Origin: Eledone cirrhosa
Taxonomy: Eukaryota
NCBI GenBank assembly: GCA_964016885.1
Contig: OZ024740.1
Location: forward strand, 269,762,001 to 269,826,000
Reading direction: 5' to 3'
Length of the DNA: 64,000 bases
Shown: positions 14,505 to 28,125 of the stretch, in pieces
How the letters are laid out: each line of letters begins with the position of its first letter
How positions within the stretch are numbered: the first letter of the stretch is position 1
Made by a program: the position numbers and the translations under genes
Notes under the pieces: model-generated
Databases searched by the model: none
Told to the model about the DNA's origin: nothing
What the model saw: only the letters and a program-made list of their open reading frames with translations

Positions 14505-16282
14505 ATGGCTACGAAAAAGAATTTTCATAGGTCACTCCCACTCATTCCGTCTTCTTCTTCCTCAATCATCACTACAGCAGAGAGAAGATTGTCTCTCTCC
14601 CTCCCTTCTTTAAATGTGTCTCTCTCCCTTCCTTCTCTTTCGCAAGCGACGACAGAAAAGAAAAGTCTCGTGCAAAGCGTGCAAGATTTCTCCACGACGA
14701 CGACGACAACGACGAAACAGGTGTGTGGGAAATACGAAAACCCATTTCATTCGTCTGAAGTCAGGAATAATAGCAGTAGCAGCCGTAATAACAACAGCAA
14801 CAGTGACAATGAAAACAACAGTAGCAGCCGCAACAGCATCACCAGCAGCATAAACAACAACAGCATTAGCAGCAGCAACACCAACAACAACCACAGCAAC
14901 AGCGGCGGAGGCAGTAGTCGTAGTACCTGCAGCAACAACAAAAGTAACAGCAGCTCTGACGATAACAACAACAACAACAGCAGCAAAGAAAAACCAATCT
15001 CATTTGCAGGTATTGCGAAGAACCTGGAAACAATCCTCATAACAAATGAGGAATTAGAGGAAGCGAAGAAGATGGTGACAAAGACTGGACACCGAGCAAT
15101 CTGCAAGGCAGCGGAAAATTTTTTCGAAATCCAACAGCACTGTACGGTCACGTACCGTACAGTAAGTACAAAATCCCGTAGGGTTGAAAGAGCCACAGAG
15201 GCTCAAATACAAAAAGCCTTGGGGTCTGTGTGGCAGCGGAAAACGCACATCACCCGAGGCAAAAAATATGCCACCGTAGTCGTACTTTTTGCCACACCCC
15301 AGGAGGCAAAGGCTCAATCCGTAGTGACCCTAAGGAGCGAGGAAATGGTGTTGGTGCCCTCCTACGGCGGGCAAAAAATTGTGAGGGTTAAACTGACCCA
15401 CGTCCCCCCTGGGATGGCCCCTTCTTGGCTGGCCGCGTCTGTCCTCGTCGGAATCGAGGACAAAACAACTGTACTGCAAGTACAGAAAAAAGTAAGAGAA
15501 GATTGGGTCGGCACCTCCATTGAGATGCTAATCCAAACCAACCAGGAGTGCATCGAAGCTATCCCGGATGTGATAGACTTCGATAACGGCACTCAACTGC
15601 CCATAAGTGTTGAGGGTAAACGCCCGAAATGCTTTCGCTGTGGATCGAAGACTCACCTCAGGGCCTTCTGCAACGAGAAGACCCTGAGAAAGGAGAAATG
15701 CCCCTCCTCCCGAAACCGGCTCCACGGCTACCAGCAACAGGACAAGCGGCAACCAGGAACGATAGGTCCGTGGCACCCATACCCACGCCACGGAAATCAA
15801 AAACAGCAGCAGCAGTGGAAATATTAACAACAACAACAGCAATACCAAATGCAGCTACAACAGAGACTCCAGTGCAAACATCACCAACAACAACAAGTGA
15901 AAGAGTGGAGCTGGTACCCCTCCCCGACCTCACAGAATCAGACATGGAGTGTGAGGTGGGAGAGGGATGGCAAAAGGTCGTAAGAAGGCACAAACGCAGA
16001 AGCAGCGTATCGTCGCCTTTGAAAAGGGAGGAAAGAAATGAGAAAAGGGTAAAGTCTACTGCAAAGAGACTCACAGCAGCAACACCACCAACACCATCAC
16101 CACCCACACTAGCACCACCGTCACCACAGGCGACAACCCCACCGCCAACAACACCTTCAACACCACCACCACAAGCACCAACATCGCAAACACAACAACA
16201 AAACACACACACACCCAGCAACAACGACAAGAAAATAGCAAAACCACACCGCACCCCAAGAAAAACAAATGCACGGCAATAA
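14505..16282 (+). CDS. LINE ORF1, nucleic-acid-binding gag-like protein (probable frameshift near 15690)
   Basis: 440-aa ORF with CFRCGSKTHLRAFC knuckle; the overlapping frame continues with a P/T-rich tail and GWQKVVRRHKRR. Confidence 0.8.
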
Positions 16283-16646
16283 ATACACACAACAAGAAAC
16301 TAATGACTTACATAATTGAACACACAGACATTTCACAACACGACTACATAATACCAGCACCAATCAAAACGTCAACTAACATAAGACTGCTAAAAATAGC
16401 ACAGAAACAATACACAAACATTAAAACGAAATTCCCCAACGCAGTTGGTGATTTCAGGGACCTAGGAGGAACTATCAATCGAAGAGTATATTCGGACATA
16501 CTCATAGAAGAGCCGATGACCAGCCGAAGGGACGATTCAACGGTCCCTTCACCAGACGATCAAGTGAAAAGGGATGTAAAAACCATCCCTCCTCTAGGAA
16601 AAGTACGGTAAGTGGTCTTTCCCATCTTTTCCGCTCTATTTTAAAC

Positions 16647-19600
16647 ATGACCTCACTCAGAATAAGCAGCATAAATGCGCGTGGCTTGGGGTCGTCATGG
16701 AAGCAGGGTCACCTGCTCAACGACCTCAGGTCACTAAACATAGATGTAGTGGCCATCAGCGAGACCAGAATCTCCGAAGCACGGGCCTTCGCACCGATCT
16801 TCGGCGGCTACGATGTGTACGCATCTTCCAGCCGTCCTGGATCGGGGGGAGGAGTTGCTGTGCTTTTTCGGAGAGGTTTGGATCTCGCCATACGGGCCAT
16901 CTTCCTGGACCCAGAGGGTAAGCTGGTGGTGCTGGACGTGACCAGCGGAGACGGGCAAGCGTTCAGGCTAGTGGCCGTCTATGCCCCGACAGGAGCAGGT
17001 CGGCCTGATTTCTTCCGGCGTCTGGAGACCTTTCTTGGAACGTCCCGCTCTTTAGTGTTAGTGGGCGACTGGAACGGGATCTTAGATGCACGCTGGGACT
17101 GTGTGGGATTAGCGGATAGGGGTGGAGGGTGCAAGGGCCTCACCAACCTGCTCAGGCGTTTTGAACTGTCTGACAGGTACCGATTGGAATTCTCGAATGT
17201 GCCAATGTGGACTTGGAAAAATCGCATAGGGTCATCCAGATCATATCTAGATATAGTATTTTGTAGGGAAATAGATAGGTCTAGTATAGGCTGTCCACAA
17301 TTCAAGATAGTCAGCTACACGGACCACAAATTCGTGATCTGTGTGCTTGACTTAGATAGGCTTCATAGACGAGGACCCGGCTACTGGAACTAAACGCGTC
17401 CTTACCAGCGCGCAAGGCCTACAGAGACCGGATTAGCGAACTAATTAAGCGGGCGTTGACGGGGGCCATCGTCAACAACAAGTGGTGGTTTGCTCTGAAA
17501 AGAGCGATTAGAATAGAATCCATTAGGTTTAGTAAGGCTTTAGCAATAGAGAAAAATAGAGCAGAGGGAGAACTAGTTAGAAAATTAGACGAGGTGCTTA
17601 GCAAAGGCATTGCGACCGACGTACTTGCGGCGAAATTGGCCCTTGACCAATTCTTCAATGCAAAGCAGAAGGCTGCGTTGTCAGAGCAAGGGTGCGTGCT
17701 CTCAGACACGAGGGGACGAAAGCCGTTCAATGGGCCCGAGTGGCGGAGGCGCGTCGTGGCAACAAAGCCACGATACGGTCTTTGGTGGACCACGACGGGC
17801 GCATGCTACTCGATCCCGGGCAAATGTGTGAAGTTTTTCAGCGACACTTCGCTCAGCTGTTCGGGGGCAGCGGTGGGCCGGTTCGAGGCATGGACTTTAG
17901 TGTCTACCTCGACGGACTGCGGCGGCTCTCGGCCACTGAGGCGAAGTGTTGCGAAAAGCCGATAACAGCCGCTGAAGTAAGGGAGGCAATGACTGGCTGC
18001 ACAAGGGGTAAATCGCCTGGTTTGGATGGTCTGCCCTATGACTTTACGTACAGATGCCAGACTTGTTCGGAGGCCTCTTGGCGGACGTCTACTGCAACTG
18101 GCAACAGAACGGGAGAATTCCCAGCTCTGTGAGCCGAGGAGCGGTGGCACTGCTGAGAAAGGATCCGAACAAGGGGGATAACATAGATAATTTCCGGCCC
18201 ATAACTCTGCTAAACACAGAGTTCAAGATTTTGGCCAAGGTGCTAGCAAAGAGGTTGGCGCTTGTCGTTGGTGGTCTGGTGGGAGAGGCGCAGACATGCG
18301 CCATTCCCGACAGATCCATCCACGACAACCTCCACCTCATGCGATACATCGTAGAGAGGGTAGCTAGGGAACCTGGCACGGGTGGGTCTTTGATCAATTT
18401 AGATCAGTCGAAGGCTTTCGATAGGGTCGACCATCGTTACCTAGCGGCAGTCCTGAGGGCGGCTGGCTTTGGGCCCGTCTTCAGAGGCTGGATCGCTGCC
18501 ATGCACAGCGACATCTGTTCTGTGGTGAGAGTGAACGGTCACCTGTCGGAACCGTTGAACATCATGCGCTCGGTCCGCCAAGGATGTCCCCTCTCGTCCC
18601 TCTTGTACGTATTGACTCTCGAGCCATTACTGCACAAATTGGAGACGTTGAGGGGCATCCCGCGCGAACTAGGATGCGGAAGAACCGTGTCAGCATATGC
18701 GGACGATGTCACCGTAGTGGTGTCGAACGCCAAACACATCGAGGCGATCGGCACTACACTAAGAGAATACGAAGCGGTGACAGGAGCAATGATCAACCAG
18801 GAAAAGTCAGTGGGCCTGCAGCTCGGCACCTGGAGAGGCAGGTCCATGCCGTCCAACAGCGTCGTCGGACGCTGGACGGACGGACCGGTTAAATTGTTAG
18901 GGGTCTGGTTCGGTCCGGACCTCCAGACGGACAAAAACTGGGACGAGGTGACGAGCAGGGTGGCTTCTCTCACCCAGAAATGGGCGGAGAGGAAGCTATC
19001 CCTGAAAGGTCGAGCGGAGGTGGCTAACGCGTACATCGCGTCTGTCATCTGCTACCGCCTGACCGTCGTACCTTGTCCTAAGCCTCGCCTGACTGCGCTG
19101 GAGCGTTTGTTCTTTCGCTTTTTGTGGAAGGGACGCGCTCCGATGGTCAGGCGGTCCATCTGTTGTCAACACCCGCTACGTGGAGGGCTGGGCATGCCGT
19201 GGCTGATGATGCGCAGGCACGCGCTCAGGCTACGACATCTCCACCTCTTCCTCGACGGTGATCAGGTGTGGTCGCCGTTTGCTAGACACGTATTTCCCCA
19301 GCTCGTTTCCTTGACGGAGCTGCAGTCCTGGGTCAAGCGAAGTCCGAGAGGGAGCGCCTGGAGACTGGAATGTCTTCAGGCGCTCACAGCCCTCGACCAA
19401 TCGGGCAATGTGATCGGTGGAAACTCCACCTCGGCGTTCTATAGAGGATTAGTGGAGGGGAAGAGCGACGACGTACTTGGGGAAACTCTAGGCGTCGACG
19501 AAAATCAACTAGCCAATCTCTTCGGAAGAACTTTCGGGCCTGGGCCTATGGACAACTTCCAGAAATCTCTGGCCTGGCAGTGCTACCGAGGAGCCTTGCC

Positions 19601-20063
19601 AGTTCGGGATAAACTCTACAGGCATGGAGGTGCCGTCAGCCGGGCATGTCCGAGATGCGCGCAGGGCGACGAAACCGTCCTGCACGCACTCGTCCAGTGT
19701 CCGAAAATTGCTGACTTGTGGGTTTATGTCGAACACCTGCTGTCGCGTTTAGGACGGATCCGGCTATCATCTGAGTCCATCGTGAGGATTGCCCCGCCCT
19801 CCTCCTTTAGCCGGGAAGGGCAGGCAGTTTTTATCTGTCTGGTGGCCATGGCGAAAGAGATAGTATGGTGGACACGTTTGAAAGGGCTGAAGACGAGCAC
19901 TTACCTCTTCGGTGATGCTCTGATTGACTTTTTCAAATTTCATTTGAAAAGGAAAATCAGAGTAAAGAGGGAAGTGCACTCTTCCCAGCATTTTGTTGAA
20001 AGATGGGTGAGAGAAGCAAGAATGGCCCGAGTGAATGGGCCTACTCTGAGTATATATCTGTAA
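16647..20063 (+). pseudogene. LINE ORF2: AP endonuclease, reverse transcriptase and C-terminal zinc finger, broken by ~3 frameshifts (~17390, ~17670, ~18040)
   Basis: SINARGL, ISET, VYAP, GDWN, YLD, TDH, GYW(K)LN; KSPGLDGLP; FRPITLLN, DQSKAFD, VRQGCPLS, AYADD; CPRC..ET..H.L..C. Confidence 0.93.
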
Positions 20064-20356
20064 ATTAAAGGTGGAAAATTGGGAGAGGGCACTTGCCTTG
20101 GTGGTCAGGGTCATTGTGGCCTTTTACTGGGCTTTCTCCACAAATGTCCCTCCGAAGTCTCCCCCCTATTGGGGAATTTTTCATTGTTATTTTTTGTTAC
20201 ATCCTCTGTTTTTGTTTTTTACACGCAGAAATGCCCATTTGTACCGTCCTGTATTGTCCTGCACTGTCCTTAATGTCTACTTTATGTAAACCCTTGTGGT
20301 TAATAAAGAAATCATTATTATTATTTATATTATTATTATTAATCTGTTATTTTAAT

Positions 20357-20387
<31 letters not shown>

Positions 20388-20459
20388 CACGCGTGTGTAT
20401 GTGTGTGAGTGTATAAATATATATAATTTATATATATATATATATGTATATATAATGAA

Positions 20460-20930
20460 ATATATGGAGAATAGAAATGGCTGTGTAGTTGCTATTTAAG
20501 GTAACTTAAAATGCAGTGAGAATACGAAGACAGCAATAACAGGAGTGAGTTTTCCTCATCAGTTGTCCACTGGGGGTCTAGGATATGTCTACGCTTTAAA
20601 GACAAGATTCCACTTCACCCCAGGGCGTCAATAACTGGATAAGTTATTGAGAAAACGAAGGAAGGTGAAGGAAATAAAAGGGGAAGAAAAGAGAAACAGT
20701 AACAAAACAACGAAAAAAAACACAAACCGAGCAACGTGCGAGCAACTATAGATGGGAAATCCAAGACTACTCGACAATAGAACTTAAGTTCGAGACCGAG
20801 TAATCGAGAGAAAGAAGACACACGTCTGATGGCCGCAATTGTAAGTGAGAAGAGAACCGCTAAACGGTCAGACGAGGGGGTGAAAGTGAGAGGGAGAAAG
20901 GAAGAGGGGGAAAGTGGGGTATACATATAA
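20460..20930 (-). mobile_element. Divergent member of the non-coding pyrimidine-rich retrozyme-like family
   Basis: CT-rich body on the minus strand followed by the permuted hammerhead-like motif; flanked by (TA)n-rich sequence. Confidence 0.65.
20549..20656 (-). ncRNA. Permuted, pseudoknotted hammerhead-like motif (divergent copy, GAAA mutated to GACA)
   Basis: gttttct caataact..agttattg acgc c ctggggt gaagt ggaat C ttgtct ttaaa gcgt a GAC atatcc taga cccccag t ggacaa CTGATGA ggaaaac. The family's helices are retained with different sequence; helix E is imperfect. Confidence 0.7.
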
Positions 20931-22085
20931 TACACACATTTATATAAACTTAAGTGTTGGTGGTACGTGCATGCGTGTGTTTGCTCAAATATTTAGTGCA
21001 CATTGGAAGCATATTTTCTAAGCATCTGTTGCTACATAATGTTTTGTATAATTATTTGTGTATGTAAGCAATATACAGTGGATAGGCAGATTCTTTAGAA
21101 CGTCACAGTGAATGTTTTGCAGTATTCTTCTCGACTCTCTTCTCTCTGAGTTCAAATCTCGTCGTTTCCCAAATTTGCATTTCATCCTTTCGAGGTCGGT
21201 AAAACAGTACAAGTCTTGTACTGGGTTCGATCCTTCCTCTGTATCTCTTTTTCACTTCTCCTTCATTTTCTAAAGAGATCTGCAGTTTAGACCTGCAGAA
21301 GGATGGACTACGCCAAGCTTAAAATGCACAAGAAACGCCGTATTTCACTACGGTGCCCCTATGACACCCTCAGTACCGGGACCATGCAGTTTTATTGAAC
21401 AGTAAATTGGTAGAGGCGTTAGAGCGTCGAACACACGCTCGACAATATTTGTTCTCGGTACAATTTCCGCCCAGGTTAACTTTCCCTATCATATTTTTGG
21501 AGTCATTAAAATAGAGTATCAGTTAATTAGCTCAGGTCAACTTTCCCTAGTATATTTTTGTAGTCGCTAAAATAAAGTATCAGTTAATTACTGGGTTCGA
21601 TATAATTGACTTTCCTCTTCCCCCAAATTACGATAACATGCGAAAAATATATAGGTTAACAGATGACCCGGAAATTAAACCGAAATGATAAGAAAATTCA
21701 ATGACAGTTGAGTATTGTGTAAACATTCGCTACAAAGACATATTTAAACAAACTGCCAAGAAGAAGAAAAAGATGTCATTGATTTTGCTTTATCATCTCA
21801 TTATCTCTATACACATACAAGGTTACATGCAGAGACACACATTTGCACATATATATACTGTATGTATTGGATTATCAAGTACGAAATTTGTAGAAATTCT
21901 TTTTTTTTTGCTATCTAGAGATCTCTACAAATTCCATACTTGACAATCCAACGTGTGTTTGTGTGTGTGTCTGTGTGTCTGTGATTTATATATATCTATA
22001 TCTATATATATATATATAAGAAAAGATGAAATCGAAAATGCAACAGGAGTCTTATTTTTTAAAAAATATATATATTTATTTGGTT

Positions 22086-22123
22086 CCTTTACCGGTTTCG
22101 CAGTTCTTTTGCTTTTCAAAAGT
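22086..22123 (-). ncRNA. Degenerate minimal hammerhead-like motif (PLE pLTR type)
   Basis: ctt TTGAAAA gca..tgc GAAAC cg GTA aag, followed by AATAAA. Confidence 0.5.
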
Positions 22124-22188
22124 AGAGTTGAGATGGAGGGTCTGTGGTTTTTCAAAAACAGACACAGATACATACCCCCCCCCCATAT

Positions 22189-22239
<51 letters not shown>

Positions 22240-22266
22240 CATGTATATATTTACGTATGCATCTAC

Positions 22267-22321
<55 letters not shown>

Positions 22322-22694
22322 AGGCTGTTATGCATGGGTGACTGCTGGTCTTCCACAAACAGGCTTGCCCGGACTTGTGCCTAGTTGCAAATGCCATGGT
22401 CATATGTGACCGAAGGGATGTTTACCCTTTACCACAGTAGAGGATAATATTTTTTTACAATGGACAAGCTAGCGTTTAACTCTGGAGTTCCTTCTCTGTA
22501 ACCACCACAACACTCTTGCCCGTAATAAATGTTTCTACTTTAGGCACAAGGCCAGCAATTACCCAGTGCATTACTGGTACTTTATTTTATCAACTCCGTA
22601 AGGATGAAAGGCAAAGTCAACCTCGGCGGGATTTGAACTCAGATCGTAAAGGGACGTAACTATGCTGAAAACCGATACTCTCTCTCTATATATA

Positions 22695-23087
22695 CGAGGG
22701 TAATCCCAAAAGTAAGGTCTCCAAAGCGATGGGGACGCAGAAAAACTGTTCGCACGGCTGTTGGCAACACTGTTGTGATTGGTGCTTCATTCACTCCCAA
22801 ACAAGCATGCACGCGCTTCGTTGGGATGCTCAATCTTGGCTTGGCAGCCGTTGAGAATGGAGCTCCCGTTGAACGCTACCACCGAGTGCGAATTTCGCGC
22901 AGTTATGACATAGAGGGCAATCCAAAAAGTAAGGTTTCCTTCCGAGAAAAACATGCGTAAAGATCGGCGGATCACTCTGGATGCTCTCTGCATTTTGGTT
23001 CTTGAGGTTTCCCGAAGCACCATCCACAGGATTTTAACGGAAAAGTTGCAATATCGGAAGGAGACCCTACTTTAGGGATTGCCCTCG
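22695..23087. mobile_element. Non-autonomous mariner-type element
   Basis: ~28-bp TIRs CGAGGGTAATCCCAAAAGTAAGGTCTCC / GGAGACCCTACTTTAGGGATTGCCCTCG with TA flanks; extra internal TIR copy near 22913-22940. Confidence 0.85.
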
Positions 23088-23964
23088 TATATTGTTTCTA
23101 CTTTTGACACAAGGCCAACAATTATCCCAGTGCATTGCTGGTACTTTATTTAATAGACCCCGTAAGGATGAAAGGCAAAGTTAACCTCGGCAGGATTTGA
23201 ACTCAGATTGTAAAGGGCCGTAACTCCATGCTGCAAGGCATAGCGTCCGACCCTCTAATAATACTGCCAATCCACGTGTGTGTGTGTGGGTGTGCGTGTG
23301 TGTGTGTGTGTGTGTGTTTGTATATGTGTGTGCATATCTATTTTATCATAGATATAGAAATTATAGTAGAACTGTAACATTCGTAAGAAAAGATCTCATG
23401 GAGGACTACACATGGCTGAGTAAAAACTTTAGTCTTGAAAATTCCGTTGCTGACGACGTCTCATGTGGCTTATCAGACGGGCAAGAGACTTGAATGCCAT
23501 ACTTTAACGCTCGCATGTCAATGCTCTTGGAGAAAACTGCTTTTGGGTCTGCTGAGATTTGTAATGCTGAGTGAATCCACTGGCTGAGCGACACACTTTA
23601 TTACACACGCTGCAGGGGAGATGAACATGGATGTCATATTGGTAGACAGTGGCATTTTTATGACACCGTTTTACGGCTCACTAGGCTTGCCTTAGAGAAG
23701 CAATTTCGGTCATATTCATCCCATGAAAGAGATTCTTTCGTTCCCTTCTTAGCGAGGGGTGTAAAGACTTCCATATATTTACCAGCTCGTTTTAACTCAG
23801 CCTACGCAAATTGGAAGATTTCGAATTCGATAGTACCACTTGCAATCAGATTGTCTTCACTCGACTCTATATGATGCAAGATCTTCCCATGTCCTAATAT
23901 CATATATGTATGTATGTTTAGATGTACATGTATGTACATATATGTATACATGTACATGTATGTA

Positions 23965-24850
23965 TGTTATCTCTTTCTCTTAATTTCGAGCATATTTTTT
24001 TGACCGGCCACCTTCCTGGTGGCAAGGTTGTAAAAGAAAAGAAATTGTCATCCCTTGAATCGCAAGAATGTTTTGCAAATTTTGAAGGTGCCAGCTATCA
24101 CAGCCATTTGTAGACTATGAATTAGGGAGCTGCGCTCTTTGTCCGCAAATCCATGTTCAGTCATACTTTGGTCCAAGCGGGTTGGTATATAACCCATAGC
24201 TCCAATAATGATGGGTATGAAGCTAAGGGTGTATCTTGGATACTGGATTTGTAAAGTCCTCATCAATGGTCCGTAGATGTCCTCCTTCTCCTGTATTTTT
24301 CTCAAGTATCCATGCGTCTCAAGTATCCATGCACAACTTTTTCTGTAAATTGGTCAATTTTTTCATCTTGTTTGAACTTTGAATAGGATCTTCCGATTTC
24401 TCTGGGTGAGATTTATATCAGGCTTTATTCCATATCTCTCCTCCAGATCAGTGGCTATTCTAATGATATTTTTTTTTTCATGCTCAGAAACCTGGGCAAG
24501 ATGGTTGCCAACCTTTTTCCTCTGTTGAAGATGTTGCTTCAGTGTTACTATCCGGGTCTCATATGATGTTAATATGGATTTTAGACCCCGGCCACCTTCC
24601 TTGCGTGAGAAGTATAGCCTATCCACATCACCATTGATGTTAAAGTTCCCTGTAACACTGAGAAGTTTGCGAGTTCTAACATCCATCTCACTTAGTTTTT
24701 GCAATGACCAGTTCAGCAGGCCAAGTGTTGGCGTTAGAATTAGTATTGGCACAGCATAAGTATTGTAGGCAATGTATTTGTTGTACGCTGACAGTTCTGA
24801 TGACCATATTTTCTTTACTCTTCTGAGGTATTCAGTTCTGGTTCTCTCCT
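23965..24850 (-). mobile_element. R4/Dong-like retrotransposon fragment (RT thumb region joined to endonuclease C-terminus)
   Basis: [50 protein letters not shown]; flanked by (TATG)n. Confidence 0.85.
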
Positions 24851-25216
24851 TATGTATGTATGTATGTATGTATGTATGTATGTATGTATGTATGTATGTA
24901 TGTATGTATGTATGTATGTATGTATGTATGTATGTATACCAGGAAAACAACGTTTATATTATTTTTCCATTGCTGTTAGCATCTACCTTCGCAACATTTG
25001 ACAGAGGGAAGAAGGTGAAAAACTGAATGAGCCATCCCATCTCGCAAGTGAAACCATGAACATATGATCGTAAGTCTAACAGCGTGACAACATACATATA
25101 CATACGCGAACACACACTATATATATATACACGCATGTGCGCATGTATATACACACACGCAAGCACATAGACACAGACACACACACACATGCGTATATGT
25201 GTATACATCGGTCATT

Positions 25217-25292
<76 letters not shown>

Positions 25293-25447
25293 TAGTCATT
25301 ATTCAGTTCTAGTCATGTAGAAGTCATTACTAATTTAAATTAACTATGGAGATATAAAAGATACAGAAGCGAAAACCGACCAAACAGTGAGTGTGTTCTG
25401 CTTTTATATCTGGCAATATTACAACATGACCCTCCCCAACTATAACA

Positions 25448-25512
<65 letters not shown>

Positions 25513-25542
25513 AAAGAATAGAGGTGTAACACACAAGTTATT

Positions 25543-26044
25543 ATATATTGGTAAACGGAATAGAAAATGCTGACAAATTGTTCACAGTTGAAAAATGGTT
25601 TAATTAGGAATAAAAGAGTATTAGTGATTGTATGGGTTAGTATTCAGTTGTGGTTTTAAGTTTTTAAGTTTTTACCGGTTGCGCATTTCTAAATGCTTTT
25701 CAAAAATAATTTTGAGATAGAGTGTCCGTGCTGTTTGCTCTGATCTGATTAGTTTTGGGAATTCTACCTGTTTTTATGTTAAAAAAGTGGCTCCAGCGTT
25801 ATTTTTGTGTTGCAAAAATGCTTGTGGTCAAAACAATTTTGATTGGTCGGTAGAGGTCATGTGAATGATAAAAGTTGATTTTGCGCCAAGATTGAGAAAT
25901 GACTCTTTCACAACAAATATGTGTGTGTGTGTGTGTATGTGTGTGTGTGTGTGTATATATGTGTGTGTGTGTGTGTAGTAGTAGTAAGGTGTTCGATGCT
26001 GCGACAATGGCCAGCAGCGATGTGTGTCAAATGGCTATTAAGAT

Positions 26045-26089
<45 letters not shown>

Positions 26090-26650
26090 GCAGAGTCATT
26101 CGAAGGTCAAAAGATATTTTTCAGCTTTTGTCTTATACGGAGAAGTGCGTGTGTGTGTGTGTGTATAAGTCTCTTTGTATGTTGATGTACGCGTGTGTAT
26201 GTGTTTGTGTATATATGTGTGTGTGGGGGGGGGGACCAGTATTTTTTTCCCCCTGGTAAAATGGTGTACATTATTCGATTTTTTTCAGTAAAATCGGTTC
26301 TCTTAATAGAACATCAAAAATCTTAACAATAAAAGGTGCGAAATGATATTCACTATATATATATATACACACATACATATATCCACTACATATATATATA
26401 TATATATATACATATATACATACATATATATGCACATATATGTTTTTGTATTGCACCATAGAGCATGTGTGTTTACGTGTGTCATTGTGTTTATATGTGG
26501 GTAGAGATGTGTGCTGATGTAGGTATGTATGTTGACGTGTGTATGTTGTGGGTTCGTCTTAGGGAGAAGTGTTTAGACGGGGTCCGTATTTGTTAATGAA
26601 GTAAGATTCCTTGCTGATGCGCTGGGTGTGGGTGGCATTATCTTTAAATT

Positions 26651-26687
<37 letters not shown>

Positions 26688-26702
26688 TGGCATTACCTTT
26701 AA

Positions 26703-26756
<54 letters not shown>

Positions 26757-27102
26757 CACATGAATCAAAGTTCTGTTCAAACCATTAATTATAATTAATT
26801 GTAAGCTAATTAGCTTACAATTGTTTCGTCCAAACCGAGGTTTAGAGTCTTCGGAGCAATTTTTCAATGATTATTTACATACATGACCTCCTGTTAAGTA
26901 CTGAGGTTGATTCAATGGCTATCCTTCAAAGTGTGGTTGAAAAGTTTATTGTAGTCCGTATGTTACAAATGTGGTAAGCAAATGTGCCTCGTGGCATGAC
27001 AAGGTATAATCCTGAATTATAAGATATGGTTGAAAAAAGGTTAGCATGTTTGCGCTCGATGTGACCAGTTTGAGAGGTGCCGCCAAAAGAGTAAGACTCT
27101 GC

Positions 27103-27179
<77 letters not shown>

Positions 27180-27794
27180 ATCTTAATAGCCATTTGACAC
27201 ACATCGCTGCTGGCCATTGTCGCAGCATCGAACACCTTACTACTACTACTACTACACACACACACACACACACATATATACACACACACACACACACACA
27301 TACACACACACACACACACACATATTTGTTGTGAAAGAGTCATTTCTCAATCTTGGCGCAAAACCAATTTTTTATCCACATGACCTCTACCGACCAATCA
27401 AAATTGTTTTGACCAAGAATTTTTGCTGGAGCCACTTTTTTAACATAAAAACAGTCTTGGCGCAAAATTAACTTTTTATATTCACATGACCTCTACCGAC
27501 CAATCAAAATTGTTTTGACCACAAGCATTTTTGCAACACAAAAATAACGCTGGAGCTACTTTTTTAACATAAAAACAGGTAGAATTCCCAAAACTAATCA
27601 GATCAGAGCAAACAGCACGGACACTCTATCTCAAAATTATTTTTGAAAAGCATTTAGAAATGCGCAACCGGTAAAAACTTAAAAACTTAAAACCACAACT
27701 GAATACTAACCCATACAATTACTAATACTCTTTTATTCCTAATTAAACCATTTTTCAACTGTGAACAATTTGTCAGCATTTTCTATTCCGTTTA

Positions 27795-27802
<8 letters not shown>
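25543..27802 (-). mobile_element. Penelope-like insertion with inverted pLTR arms (25543-26098 and 27095-27802) around a GIY-YIG fragment
   Basis: Arms are reverse complements. The middle encodes ..TQRISKESYFINKYGPRLN on the minus strand. Each arm has a degenerate hammerhead (TTGAAAA gcattt/aaatgc GCAAC cg GTA). Confidence 0.8.
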
Positions 27803-27878
<76 letters not shown>

Positions 27879-27937
27879 ACTGGAAGGTAATATCCGTAGT
27901 GATAGAGCACTCAGTCCCTGGGATGGGTTAGGTCGAG

Positions 27938-28124
27938 GTGGTAACACAACAGTTAGTTCACCATACCGAGAACTATTGTTTCACCTTAGCGGATCCTCAG
28001 CTCGGACTTATCATGGTTATACGGTTGTCTTCCTATTCCGAGTAGCCATGACCAGTCCGAGCTGAGAATCCGCGAAGGTGAAACAATTGTTCTCAGTATG
28101 GTGAACTAACTGTTGTGTTACCAC
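27938..28124. repeat. Inverted pair of PLE pLTR ends, each with a minimal hammerhead motif
   Basis: Both arms are homologous to 5860-5926. Minus arm: ccgag CTGAGGA tcc gctaa ggt GAAAC aata GTT ctcgg. Confidence 0.8.
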
Positions 28125-28125
28125 A

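Larger units (their letters stand above)
14286..20313 (+). mobile_element. Near full-length Tx1/L1-clade LINE
   Basis: 5' UTR, ORF1 with CCHC knuckle, ORF2 (APE-RT-zinc finger), 3' UTR with AATAAA (20302-20307) and (ATT)n tail. Confidence 0.93.
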
